Source: Candidatus Saccharimonadota bacterium (GTDB lineage: Bacteria; Patescibacteriota; Saccharimonadia; Saccharimonadales; UBA4665). Taken from it: a stretch of 32,000 bases of DNA. The stretch's first letter is position 1. Each line of letters opens with the position of its first letter. Shown here one piece after another: positions 16,999 through 24,021 of this stretch. Where the stretch lies: positions 1 to 32,000 of the forward strand of contig JAQGGZ010000008.1 in assembly GCA_028289125.1 (NCBI GenBank). Reading direction: 5' to 3'. The notes beneath the pieces were generated by a model. The model was not told the origin of the DNA. It saw only the letters and a list, made by a program, of their open reading frames with translations, and ran no database searches. The position numbers and the translations under genes were made by a program.

Positions 16999-17939
16999 AA
17001 CGAAAGATGATAACCGTCGGCCGTATCTTTACGACCGGCCTGAAGAACTTTGCTCGTAATCTGACACTTGCGGTCGCCGCTATGGCCGTCATGGTCGTGA
17101 CGCTGACGATCGTACTGTTTTCACTGATCACGAACGCTACGTTCACCAACACTATCCAGACCATCACTGACCGCATTGATGTGTCAGTTTATCTGAAAGA
17201 CGAGGTCACGCCCGCACAACGCGACAAACTGCTGGACGACCTGAAAAAACAGCCTGACGTCGCCAGCGTCGAGTACCAGTCAAAAGATGCGGTGTTAGAG
17301 GACTACCTGAAACAGAACCCGACCGACACGACTTTGCAAGCCGCCGTCCAACAGACCGGTAATACCTTGCCGGCGACCATCCGCATCAAGCCGAACGACC
17401 TGAATAAAATTGACAACATCCGACAATATCTGTCCACGCCAGCCAATGCGGCGCTCCAATCTGATAAACCGAGTTACTCCGGCGAACGCAAGCAGGCCAT
17501 CGATAACATTACCCACGCCACCAATGTTCTGCAGCGCCTCAGCGTCGTTGCAGTGGCGCTGTTCGCCCTGATTTCGGCCCTGATCGTCTTCAACACCATC
17601 CAGATGGCGATCTTCAACCGCCGCGAAGAACTGACCATCATGCGCTTGCTTGGTGCGACCACCAACTACATCCGCGGACCATTTATCGTCGAAAGCGTGC
17701 TGTACGGCGTACTGTCGGCCATCGCTTCGATTGCTATTATCAACGCCGCTTTTGCCGCCGCCAACAACGCCCTGCAGGCCACGAGCTTAGGATTGCTCGA
17801 TATACACTATGCCAGCGAATATTTCCATGAGAATTTCTGGATCTTGTTTGCGCTGCAACTATCGGCTGGTATACTGCTAGGAGCCGCATCGTCCATCATT
17901 GCCACCCGGCGCTATCTGAAATTCCGTACATCGAAATAA
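16995..17939 (+). CDS. ftsX: Cell-division ABC permease-like protein FtsX
   Basis: 314 aa. One TM helix, a large extracytoplasmic loop, then three C-terminal TM helices. Position directly after ftsE. Confidence 0.9.
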   Translation: MKRKMITVGRIFTTGLKNFARNLTLAVAAMAVMVVTLTIVLFSLITNATFTNTIQTITDRIDVSVYLKDEVTPAQRDKLLDDLKKQPDVASVEYQSKDAVLEDYLKQNPTDTTLQAAVQQTGNTLPATIRIKPNDLNKIDNIRQYLSTPANAALQSDKPSYSGERKQAIDNITHATNVLQRLSVVAVALFALISALIVFNTIQMAIFNRREELTIMRLLGATTNYIRGPFIVESVLYGVLSAIASIAIINAAFAAANNALQATSLGLLDIHYASEYFHENFWILFALQLSAGILLGAASSIIATRRYLKFRTSK

Positions 17940-18031
17940 ACAGTTCGTAAATCAAATCAAGTCTTTAAATGAGGGTATTTACAACTTACATGGGGCAGGG
18001 TATTATAAGCATAACCAACAAAACAAAAACC

Positions 18032-19177
18032 ATGGTTAAAACAAAAAAAGCACGCGTATCCTTATTCATCCTCTCTGCGGTCCTGACATTCGGTATCGTC
18101 GGCGTGCCTGTGGTGCAAGGTGACCGTTTCGACGACGCCATGAACGCCTTAAATGCGCAGAACTCCGCGAACCAGGCGTCGATCAATTCGCTGGCGAACC
18201 AGGCAAGTGACTATCAGACGACCATCAATCAGCTTAATAACGAAATCTATGCCGTTCAGGCGGCTTTGGCTGCCAGCCAAGCGCAACAGGCTGACATCGA
18301 ACAGAAGATCACGGTCAACGAAGCCAAGATCGCGCAGAACAAGCAGATTCTGGGTGACGATCTTAAGAAAGGTTACGTTGAAGGCCAGATCAGCACCGTT
18401 GAGATGCTCGCTACCAGCCATGACCTGAGTGATTATGTCGACAAACAGGAATATCGCGCTACCGTCCAGACCAAGTTACAGGGCATCCTGACCGAGATTC
18501 AGGAACTCGAAATCCAATTGAAGAAGCAGCATGACGAGGTCAAGGTCCTTATAGCCAACCAAGAGACCCAACGTAATCAGTTGGCTTCCGCCCGTGCCCA
18601 GCAAGCCGAACTGTTGGCCTACAATCAGCAGCAGCAGGATAATTTCACAGCTCAGGTCAAATCTAACAATGCCCAGATCGCCAAACTGCGCGCCGCCCAA
18701 GCTGCCGAAAACGCCCGACTGAGCGGTGGCACGCCTGGTGTCGGTGTGAACTGTGGTGGCGGTTACCCAGGCAGCGCCCCCGGCCCATACGGCAACTGGG
18801 GCTGTAATTACGCGCTCGATAACACCATCGATAAATGGGGTATGTATAACCGCGAATGCGTCAGTTACACGGCATTCCGCGTAGCTGCCTCCGGCCGGAC
18901 GATGCCTTACTGGGGTGGCCGAGGCAATGCCTATCAGTGGGACGACAACGCCCGCAATTCCAAGCCGGCCATTCCGGTTGATTCTTCACCTCGCGTCGGT
19001 GATGTCGCCGTCAAGAATGCCGGTACTTACGGCCACGTCATGTACGTCGAAGCGGTATATGACGACGGCTCGATCTATGTCAGTGACTACAACCAGCAAT
19101 ACGACGGCCGCTACCGTGCCTACACCGTCTCCGCTGCCAACGTCCGTGCCAACAGCCTGGTCTTCATCCACTTCTAG
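18032..19177 (+). CDS. Secreted coiled-coil + CHAP-domain peptidoglycan hydrolase (PcsB-like)
   Basis: Signal peptide MVKTKKARVSLFILSAVLTFGIVGVPVVQG, followed by a long Gln/Ala-rich coiled coil. The C-terminal CHAP domain has Cys (NRECVSYTAF) and His (GHVMYVEAV). The ORF is open from 17969, but ATG 18032 gives a canonical signal peptide. Confidence 0.88.
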   Translation: MVKTKKARVSLFILSAVLTFGIVGVPVVQGDRFDDAMNALNAQNSANQASINSLANQASDYQTTINQLNNEIYAVQAALAASQAQQADIEQKITVNEAKIAQNKQILGDDLKKGYVEGQISTVEMLATSHDLSDYVDKQEYRATVQTKLQGILTEIQELEIQLKKQHDEVKVLIANQETQRNQLASARAQQAELLAYNQQQQDNFTAQVKSNNAQIAKLRAAQAAENARLSGGTPGVGVNCGGGYPGSAPGPYGNWGCNYALDNTIDKWGMYNRECVSYTAFRVAASGRTMPYWGGRGNAYQWDDNARNSKPAIPVDSSPRVGDVAVKNAGTYGHVMYVEAVYDDGSIYVSDYNQQYDGRYRAYTVSAANVRANSLVFIHF

Positions 19178-19213
19178 TTGTTACATATGCGCCACCTGGC
19201 GTAGGATGGGGGG

Positions 19214-19972
19214 GTGGAAATAAAAGTAGTCTGCCTCAACCTATGGGAAGGTGGCAATTTGTTCAAAGGCATCCTCCAGTTCCTGAAAGAACAGGATGCC
19301 GACATCCTACTACTGCAAGAAGTTTACGCCGGGATCGATCCGTCGTTCCCGGATAATTACCGGTCGATGGACGTACTACAGCGCGAACTGAACTATCCGC
19401 ACAGCGATTTTGCGGCCGCCATGCTTGACCGGATGCCGGAAGGGAAGGTCGAAGGTGGTAACGCCGTCCTTTCGAAGTTCCCGATACTTGCGCGTGACGT
19501 GGTGTTCTTTAACGAGCCGTATGGCGAGCGGGACCCGTTTGATTCGGCTCAGTTTCCAACGACGCCCCGCAATCTTCAACACGTCCAAATAGATGCGGCC
19601 GGAACCGAGCTGAATGTCTATAACACCCAAGGCGTCTGGGATCTGAATGGTGATAATTTTAGCCCGCAACGTAAGCGGATGAGCGAAATGATGATCCAGG
19701 CTGTCGCCGGGAAACCGCACGTCATCTTGGCAGGCGACACGAACGCCCGCCCGACCAATCCGGCGATGGTCGCCGTCGGCGAGCACCTCGACAACGTATT
19801 CGGCCATGAATTAGCCACCACGTTCAATATGCGCCGCAAGTCAGACCCGGGCTACGCCTCGTCGGTCGTCGATATGATTTTTGTCAGTCATGACATTACT
19901 GTGACAAGCAAAAGCTGTCCTGATGTCGACATTTCCGACCACCTTCCGCTGGTCGCAGAACTGGCCATTTAA
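19214..19972 (+). CDS. Endonuclease/exonuclease/phosphatase (EEP) family protein
   Basis: 252 aa, GTG start preceded by GGATGGGGG. N-terminal DADILLLQEV and C-terminal SDHLPLVAEL are typical EEP motifs. Confidence 0.85.
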   Translation: MEIKVVCLNLWEGGNLFKGILQFLKEQDADILLLQEVYAGIDPSFPDNYRSMDVLQRELNYPHSDFAAAMLDRMPEGKVEGGNAVLSKFPILARDVVFFNEPYGERDPFDSAQFPTTPRNLQHVQIDAAGTELNVYNTQGVWDLNGDNFSPQRKRMSEMMIQAVAGKPHVILAGDTNARPTNPAMVAVGEHLDNVFGHELATTFNMRRKSDPGYASSVVDMIFVSHDITVTSKSCPDVDISDHLPLVAELAI

Positions 19973-19994
19973 GCGTTACCGTAAGCGGTCTGCG

Positions 19995-20003
19995 TGTTAT
20001 AAT
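19995..20003 (+). promoter_or_regulatory. Putative extended -10 TGtTATAAT, 6 nt upstream of the S41 peptidase ATG
   Basis: The sequence reads TGtTATAAT-tgaagg-ATG. Confidence 0.5.
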
Positions 20004-20009
20004 TGAAGG

Positions 20010-21197
20010 ATGAAACAATCCAGACAGATCGTGGCTGCTATTGCCATCGCAGCAGTATTTTTTAGCGGTGGCGTCATTTACGGACGGGGCGGAATCAGCT
20101 TCGACCATGCCGATAAATTGAACAGTGAGAACACGACCTTACCGGCCGATCTGGACTACAGTACGGCTGAAAGTGTCTACGATGCGCTCAAAGATAATTA
20201 TGACGGTAAGCTGACCCAGACACAGCTGCTCGACGGCGTCAAAGCCGGCTTGGCCCAGTCGACAGGGGACCCGTACACCGAATTCTTCAGTGCCAGCGAA
20301 GCCAAGACCTTGAACGAGCAGCTGACCGGCACGTTCAGCGGCATCGGCGCCCAACTGGGCAAGAACGCCGCCGGCGTCATCGAGATCATCGCACCGATCA
20401 CCGGTTCGCCGGCAGAAAAGGCCGGCCTTAAGCCGGGCGACCTGATCAGCAAGATCAACGGTACCACTACTTCGAATCTTGACGTCGACATCGCCGTCAG
20501 CAAGATCCGTGGTGAAAGCGGCACCACCGTCACGTTGCAGATTTACCGCAACGGTGTGCCACAGGATTACACCATCACCCGTGCCAACATCAGCATCCCG
20601 TCTGTCGAATCAAAAATGCTAGACGGCAACATCGGTTACCTCCGCATCAGTCAGTTCACTGACGACACCACCAGCGGTCCCGGCACTGCCGAACTGGCCA
20701 GGAAAGCGGCTCAAAGCTTCAAAGACCAGGGCGTCAAAGGCGTCGTCCTCGACATGCGCTCAAACCCGGGTGGTACCGTCGACTCCGCTATCAGCGTATC
20801 CAGCCTCTGGGTGCCGCAGGGTAAGACCGTCATGGTTGAGAAACGCGGCGGCCAGGTCGTCAAGACCAACACCGCCACCGGTGGCAATATCCTGAACGGT
20901 ATCCCGACCATCGTCCTGATCGATGAAGGCTCGGCCAGCGCCAGTGAAATCACCGCCGGCGCCCTCAAGGACAACAAGGTAGCTACCACCTTGGGTGCCA
21001 AGAGCTACGGCAAGGGCAGTTTCCAGACCGTCCTCAATTTGTCCGGTGACAGCGAACTCAAAGTCACCATCGGTCGCTGGTACCGCCCGAACGGCCAGAA
21101 CATCGACAAACAAGGCATCAAGCCTGACCAGGTCGTCAAGCAGACCGACAGCGGTGACGCTCAGCTCGACGCCGCGACAGCAAAATTAAAATCTTAG
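20010..21197 (+). CDS. ctpA: S41 family C-terminal processing peptidase with PDZ domain
   Basis: 395 aa with an N-terminal TM anchor, PDZ (GSPAEKAGLKPGDLISKING), DMRSNPGG, catalytic region DEGSASASEI and YGKGSFQ. Confidence 0.93.
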   Translation: MKQSRQIVAAIAIAAVFFSGGVIYGRGGISFDHADKLNSENTTLPADLDYSTAESVYDALKDNYDGKLTQTQLLDGVKAGLAQSTGDPYTEFFSASEAKTLNEQLTGTFSGIGAQLGKNAAGVIEIIAPITGSPAEKAGLKPGDLISKINGTTTSNLDVDIAVSKIRGESGTTVTLQIYRNGVPQDYTITRANISIPSVESKMLDGNIGYLRISQFTDDTTSGPGTAELARKAAQSFKDQGVKGVVLDMRSNPGGTVDSAISVSSLWVPQGKTVMVEKRGGQVVKTNTATGGNILNGIPTIVLIDEGSASASEITAGALKDNKVATTLGAKSYGKGSFQTVLNLSGDSELKVTIGRWYRPNGQNIDKQGIKPDQVVKQTDSGDAQLDAATAKLKS

Positions 21198-21217
21198 GTT
21201 GCTGCCCAGTCTAAGAT
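21191..21217. repeat. Imperfect hairpin (11-bp stem including 2 G-U pairs, 5-nt loop) overlapping the S41 peptidase stop codon
   Basis: atcttaggttg / caGTctaagat around the loop ctgcc. The 3' arm ctaagat is duplicated at 21222-21228. No U-tract follows. Confidence 0.55.
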
Positions 21218-21219
21218 TG

Positions 21220-21228
21220 TGCTAAGAT
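21220..21228 (+). promoter_or_regulatory. Putative extended -10 TGcTAAGAT for pyrG (short SD-containing leader)
   Basis: TGcTAAGAT is followed by about 22 nt containing GGGGTG before ATG 21251. Confidence 0.35.
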
Positions 21229-21250
21229 AATGCTAAATAACGGGGTGACT

Positions 21251-22840
21251 ATGCCAACAAAATACGTGTTTGTGACTGGTGGTGTGCTTTCTGGTTTAGG
21301 AAAGGGCATCACGGCCGCCTCGATTGGTAACTTATTGAAAGCCCGCGGGCTCAAGGTCAACATCCAGAAATGTGACCCATACCTCAACGTCGACGCCGGT
21401 ACCCTCAACCCGCGTGAGCATGGCGAATGCTTCGTCACCCAGGACGGCGCCGAGACCGATCTCGACCTCGGTCACTACGAGCGTTTCCTCGACGAGGAAC
21501 TGACCCAGGCCAGCAGCCTGATGTCGGGCCGTATCCTACTGAAAGTCATAGAAGACGAACGCGACGGCAAGCACAATGGCAACACTGTCCAGATCATCCC
21601 GCACGTCACCAACGCCATTCAGAACGCCATCGAAACCGCCGCCGAAGGCTTCGATGTCCATATCGTCGAAATCGGCGGGACCGTCGGCGACTACGAATCA
21701 TTATCATTCATCGAAGCCATCCGCGAACTTGGCATGAAAGTCGGCCTCGAGAACACCTGTTACGTCCATGTCGTGTATCTGCCGTACCTCGGTGCCAGCA
21801 AAGAGACCAAGACCAAACCGGCCCAGAATGCTGTCCGCGAACTTCGCGGCCTCGGTATTAGCCCGGACGTCGTCGCTGCCCGCAGTGAAGAACCAGCCGG
21901 CGAGGGCGTCCGCCGCAAGCTCAGCATGTACTGTGGTGTCGCCGAATCAGCCATCGCGCTGCTGCCGAACGCAGCCAGCATCTACGACGTTCCGTTGACC
22001 CTCGAAAACGATGGTATCGGCAAGTCGATCATGGCCAAGCTCGGCCTGGATGACAAGGCGCCTGATCTGACCGCCTGGCAAGAAGTGGTCCGCCGTGCCA
22101 CCGCAAAATTCGATGACAGCGTCACCGTCGGTGTCGTCGCCAAATACCTCGACAACCAGGACACGTACATGTCCGTCTTCGAAGCACTCAAATCAGCCGC
22201 CATGTGGAACGACGTCAACATCGACATCCGTTGGATCGACGCGGAAACCTTTTCTGACGCCGCCCTTGAAGGCATCGACGGTATCGTCGTACCCGGTGGC
22301 TTCGGCAGTCGTGGCGTCGAAGGCAAAGTAGCCGCCGCCGAATTCGCTCTGAGCAATAATATGCCATACCTCGGTCTCTGCTACGGCTTACACATGGCCG
22401 TCATCGCCGCCGCCCGTCAAAACGGCTTGACCAAGGCAAACAGCAAAGAAGTCGACCCCACTTCACCCGACCTCGTCATTACGACGATGGCAGGGCAGGA
22501 AGGCAAAGAAAACACCGGTGGCACCATGCGCCTCGGCAATTACCGCTGCGACCTGGCCGACGGCAGTCTGGCCGCCAAAGTCTACGGTGCATCTGAAATC
22601 ATCGAACGTCACCGTCACCGCTACGAATGCAACCCGGCCTACACCGACCAGTACGAGAGTTGGGGCATCAAGGCCAGCGGTATCAACCCTGACAACGGCC
22701 TCGTCGAGGTCATCGAAGGTATCAACCATCCGTTCTTCCTGGCCAGCCAGTTCCACCCTGAGTTCAAATCACGACCGAATCATCCGCACCCGATGTTTGA
22801 CGGCTTTATCAAAGCCGTGACAAGCAATAAGCATAACTAG
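21251..22840 (+). CDS. pyrG: CTP synthase
   Basis: MPTKYVFVTGGVLSGLGKGI N-terminus, GATase Cys in LGLCYGLHMA, and HRHRYE. ATG 21251 has a GGGGTG SD. The upstream in-frame ATG 21230 would add 7 non-conserved residues and sits inside the putative -10 region. Confidence 0.97.
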   Translation: MPTKYVFVTGGVLSGLGKGITAASIGNLLKARGLKVNIQKCDPYLNVDAGTLNPREHGECFVTQDGAETDLDLGHYERFLDEELTQASSLMSGRILLKVIEDERDGKHNGNTVQIIPHVTNAIQNAIETAAEGFDVHIVEIGGTVGDYESLSFIEAIRELGMKVGLENTCYVHVVYLPYLGASKETKTKPAQNAVRELRGLGISPDVVAARSEEPAGEGVRRKLSMYCGVAESAIALLPNAASIYDVPLTLENDGIGKSIMAKLGLDDKAPDLTAWQEVVRRATAKFDDSVTVGVVAKYLDNQDTYMSVFEALKSAAMWNDVNIDIRWIDAETFSDAALEGIDGIVVPGGFGSRGVEGKVAAAEFALSNNMPYLGLCYGLHMAVIAAARQNGLTKANSKEVDPTSPDLVITTMAGQEGKENTGGTMRLGNYRCDLADGSLAAKVYGASEIIERHRHRYECNPAYTDQYESWGIKASGINPDNGLVEVIEGINHPFFLASQFHPEFKSRPNHPHPMFDGFIKAVTSNKHN

Positions 22841-22849
22841 TGTTACAAT
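22841..22849 (+). promoter_or_regulatory. Putative extended -10 TGtTACAAT, 9 nt upstream of the receiver-domain gene ATG
   Basis: It begins immediately after the pyrG stop codon. The sequence reads TGtTACAAT-aggagccac-ATG. Confidence 0.4.
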
Positions 22850-22858
22850 AGGAGCCAC

Positions 22859-23251
22859 ATGGACACCACGCCGACGAAACAAAAAAGAATCCTGATGGTC
22901 GAAGATGACGACGCCCTGGCGAATGTCTATACCACCCGCCTTCTAGCCGAAAATTTTGATGTCCGCCGCGTCTCTAACGGGGAAGAAGCTCTCAGTGCGG
23001 CTCTGACGTACAAGCCGGACCTCGTCCTGCTCGATGTCATGATGCCGAAAGTCAGCGGTTTTGATGTTCTCGACATCCTTCGCAACACTCCCGAGACCGC
23101 CAGCCTGAAGATCGTCATGCTGACCGCGCTTAGCCAGGACAGTGACAAGGACCACGCCAACCAACTTGGTGCCGACGATTACATGGTCAAATCCCAGGTC
23201 GTCATCGCTGACGTCGTTGACCGCATCAAGTATCACCTCGATCTGGCGTAA
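22859..23251 (+). CDS. Stand-alone response-regulator receiver domain (CheY-like)
   Basis: 130 aa with the acidic pocket MVEDDD, phospho-acceptor LLDVMMP, conserved T (MLTALS) and K (MVKS). No output domain. Confidence 0.9.
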   Translation: MDTTPTKQKRILMVEDDDALANVYTTRLLAENFDVRRVSNGEEALSAALTYKPDLVLLDVMMPKVSGFDVLDILRNTPETASLKIVMLTALSQDSDKDHANQLGADDYMVKSQVVIADVVDRIKYHLDLA

Positions 23252-23257
23252 GCTCTC

Positions 23258-23971
23258 ATGAGCCGGGATCCCCGTATAGCAGGCGTCGAAGCACTCATGA
23301 CGTCAGAGTTAGATATGATCAGCCGGGTCGGCGATCTACTGAACGACGAACGTATCCGCTCGATCGACGATGAATCCGATCAGGGCCTACACATACTGGA
23401 TCGTTTCATCGGTCAGACCATCGCCCGGGGCACCCTCGTAACCATAGATGGCACCGAGGCGTCGCCCCAATATGCCCTCGACATGTTCGCTGAGAAGTTC
23501 GGTGACCGCAACGATGCCAAGTTGATGGCCATTCCTGGCCTCCAGTCGGCGACTAATCTTTTGTCGGACGACCCCCGCCTCTGGAACGTATACCAGGAAG
23601 TCGAGGAGCGGGTGCATTACGATACGGAAGACGGGGAATACTATCTCGGCAGTCTGGCGCAGATGGCCGGTTACCTCAGTATGTTCGATCTACCACCAGG
23701 CAAGAAAAACAACTTCCCGTGGCGCCAAGTCCTTCTTGATGATACGGTCGACCAACTGGTCGATGAAGATTACACGATGTCCGAAGAGCGGTCTGCGCGC
23801 CTGAGAAGGGCGGTGGCACTAGCCAAGAAAGCTGGGGCCGATGATTATGTATTGTTCAACTCTGCAGCCTTTATGATGAGTTTACAAGACGATGGTGAAC
23901 CAATAGATTTCAGTACGCAGCTGGTTTATGCCGCCAGCGTTCCCGACTACTACACCGAACCACGTTATTGA
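23258..23971 (+). CDS. Hypothetical acidic protein
   Basis: 237-aa ORF starting 6 nt after the receiver gene. No TM helix or recognisable motif. Confidence 0.7.
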   Translation: MSRDPRIAGVEALMTSELDMISRVGDLLNDERIRSIDDESDQGLHILDRFIGQTIARGTLVTIDGTEASPQYALDMFAEKFGDRNDAKLMAIPGLQSATNLLSDDPRLWNVYQEVEERVHYDTEDGEYYLGSLAQMAGYLSMFDLPPGKKNNFPWRQVLLDDTVDQLVDEDYTMSEERSARLRRAVALAKKAGADDYVLFNSAAFMMSLQDDGEPIDFSTQLVYAASVPDYYTEPRY

Positions 23972-24021
23972 CATTATTAAAAGCTTATGCTATATATAGT
24001 AGCAGTAAGTTAAAACAAAAA

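Noticed and set aside
17969-18031. Upstream ATG 17969 as the start of the CHAP hydrolase
   Set aside because: It would place 21 residues ahead of an otherwise canonical signal peptide. A -10-like TATTATAAG lies inside this extension. This remains uncertain.
19189-19201. cgccacctggcg palindrome upstream of the EEP gene
   Set aside because: The stem is 5 bp with a 2-nt loop, which is sterically implausible as an RNA hairpin and too short to argue for a protein-binding site.
21230-21250. Upstream ATG 21230 as the pyrG start
   Set aside because: It adds 7 residues absent from the conserved MPTKYVFVTGG N-terminus, lies 1 nt after the putative -10, and ATG 21251 has a GGGGTG SD.
23968-24021. TTG 23968 (overlapping the upstream stop) as the start of the FHA protein
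   Set aside because: The 54-nt stretch is AT-rich and promoter-like, TTG is a weak start, and ATG 24022 follows the same A-rich leader seen at another gene. This is not excluded.
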